Below are positions 37,775 to 49,595 of a stretch of 64,000 nucleotides of DNA, in pieces (the stretch's first letter is position 1; every line of letters starts with the position of its first letter). The DNA is from Podarcis pityusensis. Taxonomy: Eukaryota. The stretch lies in assembly GCA_964106645.2 (NCBI GenBank), contig OZ067045.1; one strand, written 5' to 3'. The translations under genes were made by a program, and so were the position numbers. Under the pieces are notes generated by a model that was not told the DNA's origin, ran no database searches, and saw nothing but the letters and a program-made list of their open reading frames with translations.

Positions 37775-38433
37775 CAAGAACTAACTTAGTTGGTCTTAAA
37801 GGTGCTACTGGAAGGGTTTTTTTTATTTCAACATAGGTGGGAACATTAAGAGCTGAAGTTTACACTAAAAGTCTGGGACTTGACATGGCGGGAGGAGGAA
37901 GAGGCCAAACCCTCTCTGGGGGAAGGTAATGAGTGTGCTGTTTGCCCGAATTGGATAGGTGTCAGCCCCTTCCAGGACTGCTTCCTGCATAGGACTAGCA
38001 CTTGCCAACATGCAGACAGCACTGAACAGATGGGCAAGGATAAAGTGCCATGCAATCACAACGCTCAAAGGCCAGAGCTGGTGGTTCTTTTTGTAATTGG
38101 TTTATTTGGTGCTCTGGACTCTCAATAACTGCTTGCTCTCTTCTAGCACTCTGGAAATCCAGGCATACATACACCGCACACATACACTTACTTCTGTACT
38201 AAGAGAAGCTGAATTTTATGCAAATGAATCATGCCTGACTTATTTTTTAAAAATATATTTTGCATTGTTTAATCTGGCTTTGCTAGCAGGGAGAAGAGCA
38301 GCTATGTAGGATACACTTGTGAACATATTGACAAATGCAAGAGGTAGGCTTTCATAAAAATCTGGATTCTGAAGCCAACACTGATGCTGTGCTTTTTATA
38401 TGCTCCCTCAGAATCACAACATATATATAAATC

Positions 38434-38558
38434 CAGTGCTTTTTTCAGCTGGAACTCAGTTTCGGCACCTCTCAGGTAGGCACCATTTCCATTATAAGAG
38501 AACAAGGGAGGCGTTCATAGTGAGTTCTGGCACTTCTTTTTTGAGAAAGATAGCACTG
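38434..38558. mobile_element. Short MITE, probably hAT
   Basis: Ends CAGTGCTTTTTT / AAAGATAGCACTG; the same TIR type bounds 56313-56463. Confidence 0.55.
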
Positions 38559-41469
38559 CATTAAACCATGTGAGGGTTTGCACATGGTATGACTATTCTC
38601 AGTTGAGGATATAACTGTGTGAAGATGGGAATTGATTTGACTACACAAAAACAAAGAGTTCACCATATTATATTTGTAGGCTAGCTTCAACCAAGAAAAG
38701 AACCCAAGCATACCGCTACTAAAAGGGACTAAAATACACCTGACATTATTTCAGAGACTTAAAATATTTCATGGAATACTATCCAGCCCCCAAAACCACC
38801 GTTGTTGGGAATTATTCATTTGATCTTGCTAGTTATGCAGAGGTCACAAAATTCAGCTTCTCTCAGTTCTGAATTTAATGCTGGTTGATGCTAAGTCTTA
38901 CAATATAATATACAGTTATCAACACCAGTGTGTAATGTGTCAATCATATTATCAAGAGAGTAACTCTTTTATGTGACTTTGTTTTTCTTTGTTCCTCTTT
39001 TGAGAATGCTTTCACCTTTTTTGCACCCTGATTGGCTAATTAGGGGAAGGGGAAAGAAGGTGGCTGAGCAGTGACAAAGAAGGGGAAACGTATACGGAGT
39101 TCATTCATACACTAGCAGAACTGGCATCGTTATTTGGCACTTGGTGGGACTACAGCAGAAACAGAACAAGGAGCCTGCCCTGCGTGGGACAAATCACAAA
39201 ACACTTTCCATTCCAGAGTTGGAACAAGGCACAGTTACAAACACCATTAACAACGGACAAAAGTTATTAATTCAGCCACACACACACTTCCAGGAGAATG
39301 CTACTTTGGAGCTGGAAAGTCGTAGTAAACAGTCATGGAGGAATGAATACAAAACCCCCAGTTCTTTATGGCAGGAGAGGAGCCCTGCAGAACTCAGAAG
39401 CTTGTGATTCTACAAACATAAATGACCCACCCAGAAGATGGACTTTAAGAACCATTTTGCATTACATCTATCTGCGTTCTTTATGAACGCTGATCAGTGG
39501 GAGGAAGAGGAAATAAGACAGCAATGGTACAAACTAACTGCAAGGTCACTGTACCCATGGTCCATAGCTTTGTCACCCAGCTAACAGCTTATCTGCCAGT
39601 GATAACAGGCAAGGTTCTTCTCACTTACCCCAAAAGCTACACAGACCTGAACAATAGCCAATCCAAGACAGTCAGCATCAGCAACCAGCCAATAGGAGCC
39701 AGAGCCTTTCCCCCACCAAAGATCTCCGTCACAACATCCAAATCCTCCATGGTTGATCCTTTGCCACAAACATTTCGGAGTAGCATCCCAGGAGCTAGGA
39801 GTGAGGCCGCTCACATTGGGCTCCCTCCCACCTGCACAGCTCAAGACCCAGGCAGTATGAGATTCAGGAGCTAGCCCTATGATTGCTACTCCAGCGGTCC
39901 CGTTTCTAGGACAACAGTGGCCCAATTAAACTCATTACGAAGGAGCTGTAATCCAAGTAGGACCTTAGCGGATTACCCTCTCTGTTGGAGCCATTTAATC
40001 AGATCACCAAGGGAGCCCTGCCCTGCCACCCCCACTGAACTCAGAGGGTCTTTATGGACTGCAAGCAAGGATGATGAGGCAACAGGTGCTCCTGCCAGGT
40101 CAGCACGATTTAGCCAGTTGGCCCACTACAGAACTAGGAGGGTGCCCTCATCCGGTCAGTGCAAGGGTACTATTGCCAAGAGCAAAGCAGGTGACAAAAC
40201 CATGCAGAGCCTTTGTGGAGAAGCATAGACGCTGAGCCCTTTTAGGTGCCAGGCGGAGAAGAAATGCCAGTCCCAGGAACTTACCTGTTCTACAAGGTTA
40301 ACACGAGGTGCTGTAAATACTGCCGAAACCCTTGGGGCCACAGGAGATGGAAGCTGAAAGACAGCCAGCTCACCCTGAAGGGGTTGAAGTCTAGGTGTGC
40401 ACCCGCTTTACCCAACTCTTCGAAGCTTAGGAAAGTATTTGGAATCCGGAGCGGACACATCGGACAGCAAGCAGGATGTTTCCCAGTGCTTTCCCCGAGG
40501 GGCTGGGCTCCACTCTTGCATTCCTAGCATTTCAAAGATAATCGGCAACTGGTACTGCCGACAGCAGAGGCAGGGAGTCTAGGAGGTGCCTCTGGCAGGC
40601 AGGCTAAGAACAGGTGAGCAAATCCCCACAGGAATAGGGCTTGCAACAGAGACCTGCAGCAGGAAGGAATGAAGCTGGTACTTTGGGCCACTATGATCAG
40701 AGTTTCCTACTTCTCTGTTCAAAACAGGAAATGGACAGAAAAGCAAAAGAAAACACATACCTTTTATCATGCCCCAAAGGTCTGACCCAAACATAAAATG
40801 CATTTATAAGCTATTGGGAGTTTTGCTAGACGCAGACCTCATGCTTGTGTCCTTCCTATTTTACAAGAGATTGACATTTTCATCCTGTTCATCAGCATGC
40901 TTTTTACATCAGATGTAACCCCAGATTAGAAGGTGGAAGAGTGGAACAACCCTTTAAGAGGCAGGCTGGTTGGCACTGACATCGCCAACATCATTCTCTA
41001 AAGCTTGGACATAGGAGGCCAGTGGAGGCAGCAGGGTTGGCCCTACCATGAAGCCACCTGTGGCGGCAGATGCTGAGGGGTGGGGAGGTGTTGAAGGACA
41101 CTGCCTGCCCTGGGCCCCTAAACTAGCCTTCTACCCTCAGATGTGGTGGGATGAGGACACTGCCCTGTTACCAGTGTTGAAGTAAGATTCAACTGGCTGT
41201 CTAGCTGACTTCTGTACATGGACCTGGGAAGGGGCACCATCTTGTTCTTTACCTCAGGCAACAAAATAGGTTGGGCTGGCCCTGGGCAGCAACAACAGCC
41301 TAATGGAGAGAAAGTCAGCTTGTGTGTTTAACACTGAGACGGTGAGAACAGGAAACCTGTTGGAATTCCATTGATATCTCCTCACTCATGGTGCTAGCAT
41401 GCCGAACCATCCTGTTTTTTAGTTGCAACTGATGGAGAAACAAGGACTCCCTGCCAGCAGGACAGAGGA

Positions 41470-41594
41470 TTAGATTGCATCCAACTAAGTTAAAATCAAA
41501 GCAGACCCATTGAAATTAATGGACCTAAGTTAGTCACACGCACTAATTCCAGTGCGTCTACTCAAAATAGAATTAATATTGGATACAACCCTAA
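41470..41594. repeat. Short palindromic interspersed repeat
   Basis: TTGCATCCAA..AGACCCATTGAAATTA..TAATTCCAGTGCGTCT..TTGGATACAA; second copy at about 63003-63117. Confidence 0.55.
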
Positions 41595-43560
41595 TGTCTG
41601 CTCAGTCTAGAAAACCTGTTGCTTAAGGGGTGCAAACAAAACCTTGGGAGTGACAAATAGCATCTTTCTTAATGAAGGCAGTAAAACAAACAAGGTATGT
41701 TTACCAACACTTGGCTTGCTTTGATTTGTCTGTATTGCATGAGCTGCCTAAACATTTTAGTGGAGGCAGCATAGATATATTTTAAATAATAATAAAAAAG
41801 AATTCCTGAGTATTAGATATGCATGCATAGACACACATACGCACTCTACCGAAAATGGTTTTTAACTAAAAAATAGAGGTGGGCTTGTGATTTACAGGGT
41901 CACATGCCAAGGAAACAGATTTCTAGCAGAGCAATCAAACTTGTAAAAAACAGTAGTCAAAGGGGGCAGGGGAAACAACAGAAATTGTGGCTTCCCTAAA
42001 TTCCTTTATTAGTCTTAGCTGGCTACAGTTTAACAACCCCTGTAAGGAAACAAAAAGGAAAGCCCCTTCCCCAAAGCATTCCAGGGATAAAGGTGCTAAC
42101 ATGAGAGTATAGAAAAAGTGACCCTCGCCTTCAGACTGAAGTGGTACAGTCCATTTTCCCATTTCAGGACTGTACCATCCCATTCCGCTATGCGCATAGA
42201 TTTAACACAGGTCCACAAAGTGATTGTATTTTGTACAAGCCCTCAGATGGCCAACAGGAGTCACCCCAACAAACAGGCAGTGTGTTTGTATAATAAGAAA
42301 AGGAGGAACAGATTAGATGAGATTTATTACATTTATCCTGCTTTACAGTACAAAGACACACAAAACAGCCTGTTCCAAATTCAGCTGCCGGCTCTCCAGA
42401 CTCTAGGATGGAGCAAGCTTCTCTAGCAGCTCACAAAACATGGCGACGTTTTTGCTAAGTCAAGAAATGAGTCACAAACTCTCAACTTAATCCAAGTGCA
42501 TTGTGACTCACTCAGAATTTTAATTTTTTTGTCTGTCTGAGCAAAGGTTTCTATGACGGAATGATTGACTCTAAGCAAATAGATGAGAAATGGCACTACA
42601 AAAGCACTGAGCCATATTTCCACCCACGCCCAGGGCTTCCCTTTCCAAGCTCTTGGAGCCTTACATGCATGCAGTAAAATAAGGTAGCACCCAGAAAAAT
42701 ACTTGAGCAGAGACACTCCACCCTCCACTGGACCCAAGAGGGAGAAATGGGAGGCTGAAAATAATTGAGGGTTTGGGTGAAGTAAACATGCACTCTCAGT
42801 GAATGGTTACATTTCCTTTAAAGCAGAACCAGGGACACAGGGGTCCTTCAAGTACAACTCCATGAATCCCTAACCACGGACCACATTGCTGGGGCTGAAG
42901 GGAGTCACAGTCCAGCACGACATTCCTCCTGTCTTCATTGTCATGAACTCCAGCTTCCCCCCACAACTATTAATCTGCAGTCTCTGACTGAAACTGAAAC
43001 AAAAGAAATCCACATTTTGGGAAGCGCACATGGAAATTTTGTGCACATCTGCACTGACTGTGGATGGCCATCACAAAAGTTTGGTTTCCTGTTTCTAGAA
43101 GCATTTTGGAGTGATGGCATCAATGATAAAAGCAAACCACAGAAATGGGGAAAGACTTTGGAAGGAAAAGGCAATTCTCTGTTTAGCAAAGGGTAGCTAT
43201 AATTTTAAGGAGCATGTGTGAGGTATCTTCATGTCAAGCAAAGTCAAGATGCTTACGGGTTAATGAAGGGCATGCACAAAAAGGGCGACTGGGAAAAGGA
43301 AGAGCGACAACAATTGGAGGAAGTGGTTGCTTACCCGTCAAGCATCTCAAAGGAGGGTGTGCAAAGCTAAGACGCTTGGGAAGGGCTCTTCCTGCCACAC
43401 CAAACAAGAACCTGTGATAACTGAAGCTTTTCTCTGCAGATTCACTTCTCCAGACGCTGCAGAGTTCTTGAGTCTGTTCTATTTGGAGATGGAAGAAGTG
43501 ACCTCTAATCCCTATTCAGCTATGAGTTCACTGATAGACACACTAAGGAAGCCATTAGCT

Positions 43561-44157
43561 CAGAGGTTTTCAACCTTTTTGAGTCCATGGCTCCCTTGAG
43601 CAACTACATGCTTTCTGTGGCACCTCTGTGGGGCTCAGGAGCCCAGTTATGTCACCCATTGCCTCCAGAGCTGGCAGCCTCTCACTCTTTTTTGAACACC
43701 CTCCCTTGTGGAGTGTTCCCTCAGCCTCCTCTCCTTGCAAGTTCTCCGGGCAGCTGCCACTCCTGGTCTCTGAGCTGACCCCCTGCTCCAAAGAGAGGTT
43801 CCTCCTCACACTGCCCCACAGGGGCCTGGGACTTGTCTGTCCGTTCCCAACAACAAGGGCTGGCATATTGACTAGCTGGGCTCCCTCCCTCACTTGCTTG
43901 CTTACTCCAAGACTGCCTCAGCTCCTGGCAACCAGCACCCTCTGTCCCAGTCCCAGAAGAACCATTCTCCTGGAAAGCTTGTAGCCAGGGCTGCTGCAAT
44001 AAACAGCTGTACAAGCCTTTGGGAGGCAGAGATGCAAGAGGAGGGAGGGAAGGAAAGAAAGAAAGAAAGAGGGACAGAGGCCAGTGTTGCTTGTGGCACC
44101 CCTGACCATCATTCAAGGCACCCTAGGGTGCCACGGCACAGTGGCTGAAAACTACTG
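43561..44157. mobile_element. Non-autonomous hAT element
   Basis: TIR CAGAGGTTTTCAACC / GGCTGAAAACTACTG; perfect 8-bp TSD CATTAGCT at 43553-43560 and 44158-44165. Confidence 0.85.
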
Positions 44158-45949
44158 CATTAGCTCTTTGCTTCAAGTTTTTTCCAACCGTACAATGGGA
44201 ATACTAATGAGCAGCCTCTTCGGGATTCCAATCACGACATACATACAGGCTGTGAAAAACTTTGCACAAAGAAGTTAGTAAGAACCATCAACACCAGCCC
44301 ATCATTTCTAGAGTGGGAAAAATCCCAGTACAATTGTGCAGTGTGTTCTGATCAATTTCTAGGTTAATGAACCAAACCTCTCTCTCCCACAGCTTTGGTC
44401 ACTTTATTACCCTTCTTCTGAACATGTACATTTTTCTAGGAGTTTGAAATCTCCACGGTACTTCACATACATTTTCTAAGCCATTCTTGCAAGTCTGTAA
44501 GGTGAGCAAACTAATAGGCGTCATGAAATAAGATGGGGAACTGCAGCTTCCACGGGGAAAAGAGTGTGCAGGAGCTTGAGGCATCACCACACCATGATTT
44601 AGCCGTGGCTTCTGAACCAAGCCAGTAAGCTGCCTCAGGCCATATTGTGACTTCACAGCTAAAAGTCAGATATGTGAAATCAGATACCTCCCAGATCACA
44701 CAGGGTTAAGCTATACACTAGGTTCAATACGAAGCTTTTTTCTTACACAGAGGTAAGTGTGCAGGCCTGACATGGTTTGCAACAACAGCTCATGGAGGAG
44801 CAAAGTTTAATCCTTCCCTCCCCATCCATTCGCAGCTGTTATAAATAGCTTTTAAAAATTGAGTACCCACTGGCACCAACTGGGTTTTATTCTGTCACTG
44901 GGTGTGTGTAAATTTCCTCCTGGTGCCCCTGCCATCTGAAATGAGGGAGGAAGAAAACAGGGAATGGGCCTTTTCAGTTAGAACACTCCATTTATGCTAT
45001 GCTCTCCCTTGGGAGGCTTGCAAAACACCCATTTCAATCTCCTTTCAGCGCCATTTGAAGACCTTTAAAAACAACAATCCAAGCCTTTCAAACATGTTTC
45101 CCCTCCTGGAAATTTATGCTGCAACGACTGCTGTTTTTCTTTTTATGCAGTGTTAATTTTTATAACTTGATTTCACTGTGCTTTGTTGTAATTTTATTGC
45201 TATTTGGTTGGGTGCCCTGAGAATATATTATTGAAATGTGGGATATAAATGCAGTAACTAAGTACAGCATGCCAACCTTCTATTCCTGTCTATATCAATT
45301 AAAAGCTTCTAGTCCTTATTACCAAATGTTTCACCTTTACTAATCAAAGCAGTTGGAAAACTTTGGTCTCTTTCACATACTCCTTCTGAGATTTTAGGAG
45401 CCATTTCCCACCACTTTCAAACCTGTATTTGTAGCTCACTGTTTAAAACAAAAGCTTGGATCCTACGAGACTGAATTTTGCAGTTGTCCTGCCTTGGATA
45501 CAGGTTGCCCTCTCCCTGAAGTATGAATTGCATACGGCCTCTACTGCACAGGTCTTCACACCGTCCTTAAAAACTCACCTGTTTCCGGTTGCTCTTTCTT
45601 AAGAGTATCAGCGCTGCTCATTTTTGAGATTCCTGAGTGGCTCTAAACTGTTTTCATGAAAAGATATTGCAGAATGGTTCTTCTAGCCTACTGCCTTTTA
45701 GACTGCGGTCTTACAATTGTTTTAAAACTGCCTAATGTTCTCAGCGTATCTGACATTTTGTTTGCCTAAGCCAGCTCATGAAGGTTAATTCCCTACAAAG
45801 TGGCTGAGGAATAAACATATAAAAGCAAACACACACAGCGGCTATGCTATCTATCCCTTACGTTCTGCGCAACATCATGCATGCTGATTAGTACCATTTA
45901 AAATTAAAAATTAAAAATTAAAACTGCAACATGCAGTAAGAGTTGTAAA

Positions 45950-46237
45950 TTCAGGATAGACAGAAGATTGCACTTCCTCATGCGATCTATAATAAATCTT
46001 GTGAAATCCAGTTGTGGTGATGGCTACTGGTTCAGAGGGTTTTAGAAGGGCATTAGACAAAACCATGGAGGAGGAGGAGGAGGAGGTCTTCAATGCTAGT
46101 AGTTCGCTGTGGTTGCAACAGTGGGGGAGGGCCATTGATGGAGGACTTCCCAGAGGCATCTGGTTGGCCACCGTGGGAAAGAGGACAGTGGATTAGAGGG
46201 ATCTAGATATAAACCAGAAGGCTCTTCTTATGTTCTT
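45950..46237 (+). mobile_element. CR1/L2-type LINE 3' fragment
   Basis: GTGGTGATGGCTACTGG..TTTAGAAGGGCATTAGACAAA.. ending GCTCTTCTTATGTTCTTA. Confidence 0.6.
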
Positions 46238-47365
46238 ACGCCCACCTGACTTCACACAGGCCCTGGCGAGGCAGGAATGAACCACATCCCCACAGCAGGG
46301 GAGCTGGCTAGGGCTCCCTTGCAGGCAGGACTGGCAGCAGCCCTCCCTGCCAAAGAGTCAGTCAGCAGTTCAAAAGTGCCCCTGCCGAGGCCTCCCCAGC
46401 TGCACGGCATCCGCCTGTGTTTATTTCTGGGTTCTCATTATCAGTAAGTAGCAATTTAAAATGGAAAAAACTGTGGGAGTGTGGCGGGGCGGAAACCTTA
46501 AAGCGATCAACTCCTAAGACACAAGGAAGAGAGCAGCGCAGCAAGACAGACGTGCTGCCATGCGAGGGAGGCTTCCCTACTGCCTATAGCAAGAAGCACA
46601 GCGCTTGCCACTGCCAAACATCTGGCGCAGGAAGCGCAAGAGATGAAACCAAAGCACTGTTTGAGCTCAGCTAGTGTGGGGGTTGTGGTCAGAAAGCAAA
46701 GCAAAAGAAGGGCAGAGAAGGGCCATGTGCACACTTACAAAAGGAAGAGAAAAAAATAGTCAAAACTCTGTGACAAGAAAAAATGATTTCTGGGACCGCT
46801 ATAGATCAGCAAATGTTTACTATCCAGCATCATTTTCTCCACTAGGGATGAGGGGGGCCAGGTAGCATTTTTACAAGAGTCTCTTAGCATGAATTTGATA
46901 GCTGGTACTTTAATTCGTGTATTTTATTGGCTGTATTATATGTTGTGTGTTTGTAATGCACTTTGGGCCTGGTAACAATGAAGGGTAGGATAAAAAATTC
47001 TTAAAATAAGAAACCCCCCCCTCAAACCTGGAGCTGGCCCCACCTATGGATGCCACACTCTGATTGCCCCCAACTTCAGAAGAGAGGGCAATAGCAGGAG
47101 CTAGGGACTTCCTTTGCAATAGTATCTTGGCTGGAGAGTTCATCTCCTCAGAAGGATTAGTCAGGGACAAATGCTACTAACATTTAGGCCCTGTGTTAAT
47201 TTTCATTATTATTCTCTTCCCCACTCAGCATACAGTGGTGTAGTAAACCATGTTTGGAGGGCTGTGGAAAGTGCTTGGACAATGAAATGTAAGGAGTGAG
47301 GAATGAAGAGAGCATAAAATGACCAGTTACTGGAGGTGGAATTCTGTCATTTGACAGTCTCTGCA

Positions 47366-47509
47366 AAGTAGATTGCTCAGTCGGCAGAGCATGAGACTCT
47401 TAATCTCAGGGTCATGTGTCTGAGCCCCATATTCGGCAAAAGATTGCTGCATTGCAGGGGGTTGGACTAAATGACCCTTCTAGTCTCTTCCAACTCTACA
47501 ATTCTATGA
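47366..47509 (+). mobile_element. tRNA-Lys(CTT)-derived SINE with a CR1-like 3' tail
   Basis: GCTCAGTCGGCAGAGCATGAGACTCTTAATCTCAGGGTC matches the tRNA-Lys D and anticodon arms (CTT at 47399-47401), followed by GGGTTGGACTAAATGACC..CCAACTCTACAATTCTATGA. Confidence 0.8.
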
Positions 47510-47558
47510 AAAAGGGAATGGGCCAGCGGGGATTAGCTGGGTGGGATTGGGTTTAGGA

Positions 47559-47698
47559 CAAGGCTGGGGATCTGTGACCTTTCGGATATTGTTGGATCTC
47601 AACTCCCATCAGCCCCAGCCAGCATGGCCAGAGGTCAGGAATAATGGGAGTTGCTGCATTTCAGCAACATCAGGAGAGCAACAAGTTCTCCACCCCTA
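47559..47698. mobile_element. Palindromic hAT MITE, representative of an abundant family
   Basis: Core CAACTCCCATCAGCCCCAGCCAGCATGGCCA..ATGGGAGTTG; perfect 8-bp TSD GTTTAGGA at 47551-47558 and 47699-47706. Related copies near 3750, 14225, 16725, 20270, 22675, 24445, 28000, 29715, 33480, 52915, 55330, 58136, 58690, 59540 and 62295. Confidence 0.8.
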
Positions 47699-49433
47699 GT
47701 TTAGGAAGCTTCTAGTTACAACTGCATGTGCATTAAACCAAAGACTCAGATCAATTGTTTTCCTTGTTCCTCAAATAAATGTTGTTATGCCTGAGTAATT
47801 GTCAGTGAAACCCACACTTAAAGAGTTTGAAAACCTACTGCCGATACCTACACCTACACAGTGCTGTTAGCACAGAAAGTGCGGCACAGCTATTTGAAAC
47901 ATTAATTGTGGTGTGTCGGTGTTATTAACACTTGCTCCATGGTCATTTCAACGTTCAATTTTATTACTAATATTATTTTTAAATGTTTTGTTTAAGCTGT
48001 CCTGGAGACCTTCCAGTCAAAAGGCAAGATAAAAATGTTGTAAATAAATGAATGAATTTAAGGTACTGAAGCCCCTATTCTCTGTTACCACCAAATGAAA
48101 GCTATGTTGTTTAAAACAAGAGATTTATAGCATTAACACCATCTCCAGAAATAATAATGGTCATCCAGTAAGACTTGTGGTTGAATAAGGATTTAAAATT
48201 ATTCTTCCTTAGTCTAAATTAAACACCATTACTCCAACTCTTTCCTCTCTGACCCTATCACTACTACCACCACCATGCCTGTATCCAGTCATACCTCTTC
48301 CAACCAATCACTGCCTATTTGTGAACACCTTTGGCAACCTCCCAACTATCCTGCCCAGTACTTAAAACAAAACCAGGAATGAGGCCTGGTGAGTATCACC
48401 AGCACTCCCACAATACTTCAGATCAGGTCAACGTATATATTAGGGATAACTGAGCAAAGGAAGAGGAAGAGAATGTGGCTCACATGTGAGCACCAGGAAC
48501 ATCTTATCTGCTTACAAAACAAAAGAACAAACAAACAAAACAGGAGCTTGAAAGCCAGGTTTCACTGCCACTGTCTCTGCTATGTGGCCCCAGGCCTACT
48601 GACTCACTCCCTAGCAAATACTGGGGTGCAGGATGTGCAGCTTACAAGACACTAGAATCTCCATCCCAAGATTCAGCCAAGAATGAGCAGCTTTGTGCCC
48701 TAAATCCCAAAAAGCAGAAATGAGGCATCCTTGAAATTCCTCCAGAGCTCTAACTCTATTCCCCTCTATTTTACTGATTTATAACTTTTAAACAAAAACC
48801 TTTTTTTCCCAACCACAGTAACAAAATTTAAACAGTAACAAAATACTACAATCCTACAATTAAACAACAGGCCATTAAGCAAGACACAAAGTTAGTAACT
48901 CATATGCCACAGAAAATAAGCTTTAGACCTGGCACTCACTTAGCCAGGTGCACTGAGGCACGGCAAGAGAGAAAGTCACCACTGGCTCACCTGGGTGGTC
49001 CCTATCTCCTCTCCAAGCTTTTCCTTCCTTGTTATCCACTGGGATTTCCGTAATTTAGAATGAGCCATGCAGGCAAACATCCCACCTACTGCCTTGTCCC
49101 AGGTTCAAAGTTTGTCTAGTATTTACGTAGTGCTTTAAAAGTTTTCTAAGGTCTTCACATGCATTACTGGGGCAATCCTTAAAAAAATAATCTTATCCGG
49201 CTGCCTAGTCAGTTTTATCATATTGCACATTTGAGGGTTGCTGAAAAGCTGTAATTTGCCTGAGGCCATGTCCAGACTTCATAGCAGAGGTGATATTTAA
49301 ACCAGAGAAGTTCCTGGCTTACAGTTCAACATTTTTCAGCCTGGAACCCCCTTCCCAAGATTTTCATTTTAGGGATCCCACCACAATGGTTTGGAAGTCA
49401 GGAAGAAAAGAGAACATATTCTGAGACCATTAC

Positions 49434-49452
49434 CTTTGTATTTCCCTTTCAT
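49434..49452 (-). CDS. RIPOR1: Putative upstream first coding exon of RIPOR1, MKGKYK(G); 5'UTR extends rightward
   Basis: AAG-ATG AAA GGG AAA TAC AAA G|GTAATG. Phase 1 joins the open frame at 32845. Same layout as the human long-isoform start MNTKKRG/SPARTHSMMSLSV as I recall it. Confidence 0.7.
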
Positions 49453-49564
49453 CTTGAAGCTGGGGTTAGTGCATCACCCACACTGAAGACTGGAGCAAGG
49501 CCTTGAGTACCAGTGTTGCTTGCTCTCATCCTTATCCCATGAAATGTGGCAGGGACAAGAGCTC

Positions 49565-49595
<31 letters not shown>
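49565..49595. repeat. (CCAG)7 microsatellite in the probable 5'UTR
   Basis: Read directly from sequence. Confidence 0.9.

Larger units (their letters stand above)
37576..37828. mobile_element. Truncated Penelope-like retroelement with inverted terminal arms
   Basis: 12-bp direct repeat CAACATAGGTGG at 37564-37575 and 37829-37840; perfect inverted arms 37614-37705 and 37737-37828; PLE-type terminus GGTAGCCGTGTTGGTCTG; hammerhead core. Confidence 0.8.
6464..49452 (-). other. RIPOR1: RIPOR1 (FAM65A) gene, spliced CDS span; 1015 aa, or 1063 aa with cassette exon
   Basis: Exons translate to MSLSVRPQRR..RSQSFAG..KVPQPERLD..GFLYDLDK..QVKSIERFLRRLEFHASK..PGSMASTAF*, matching RIPOR1. All junctions are GT-AG and phases are consistent. 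Confidence 0.95.

Noticed and set aside
47366-47438. tRNA-Lys(CTT) gene
   Set aside because: Acceptor stem and T-loop/B box are mutated (GTCTGAG instead of GTTCGAG) and it is fused to a CR1 tail, so it is a SINE.
48985-49070. Minus-strand mini-ORF MAHSKLRKSQW..TTQ ending at CAG|GTGAGC as an alternative first coding exon
   Set aside because: Phase 0, whereas the acceptor at 32845 needs phase 1; it would be out of frame with RIPOR1.
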